A stretch of DNA of 64,000 nt from Amoebidium appalachense (lineage: Eukaryota > Protista > Ichthyosporea). The DNA lies in NCBI GenBank assembly GCA_963693365.1, contig CAVNZM010000013.1, forward strand, positions 7,020,713 through 7,084,712, in the 5' to 3' direction. This document shows positions 63,693-64,000 of this stretch, piece after piece (position 1 is the stretch's first letter; every line of letters begins with the position of its first letter). The notes under the pieces were generated by a model that did no database searches, was not told the DNA's origin, and saw only the letters and a program-made list of their open reading frames with translations. A program made the translations under genes and the position numbers.

Positions 63693-64000
63693 CTGAACAG
63701 GGAGGGGGGGAGGGGGGGGGAGGGGGGGGGGGAGGGGGGAGGGGGCAATACTTAGTTATCTCAAAGCAAGTATGCAATGTTAAAGCAAATGACTGCAAAC
63801 CACACATATCGCAAGAAAGTGGCACACACACACGAACAGATGCGAGGAAGCAAGCACGCACGCACCCGCCACGCACAGGGACCAAGACAGGCAGGCAGGC
63901 AGGCAGGCAGGCAATCAGGCAGTCAGCCAGACAGGCAACAACGCGTGCACGCAAACGCACACAAATACACAAGGTTACACACCAATACACCTACTCACCC

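Overview
Eukaryotic (probably opisthokont) genomic DNA with small GT-AG exons buried in introns full of poly-G/C, (GT)n and (GCAC)n tracts. Most ORFs in the six-frame track are translations of these microsatellites. Five coding units can be reconstructed by hand. (1) A ~41-exon MER3/HFM1-like meiotic DEVH helicase with a Sec63 domain on the minus strand (~40.4 kb down to ~0.1 kb). It contains an ~8.5-9 kb tandem duplication whose junction shows deletion-only, T-biased decay and is most likely an assembly artefact. (2) An intronless secreted protein with three 4-Cys repeats (43209-43682). (3) A BTB/POZ (KCTD/T1-type) ORF (45382-45885) and a beta-propeller-like ORF (53083-53994) that may be two halves of one gene. 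(4) Between those halves, antisense, a 6-exon ~1185-aa DDE transposase-like gene with an intact WRN-like DEDDy 3'-5' exonuclease inserted inside its catalytic domain; this is the best candidate for an under-described system. (5) The 3' half of an IQGAP-like gene on the minus strand (56.4-64 kb). A 45-bp TIR+TSD mini-element, several minisatellites and shared promoter motifs are also present. No CRISPR array, rRNA or tRNA was recognised. All family assignments come from motif recognition, not database searches.
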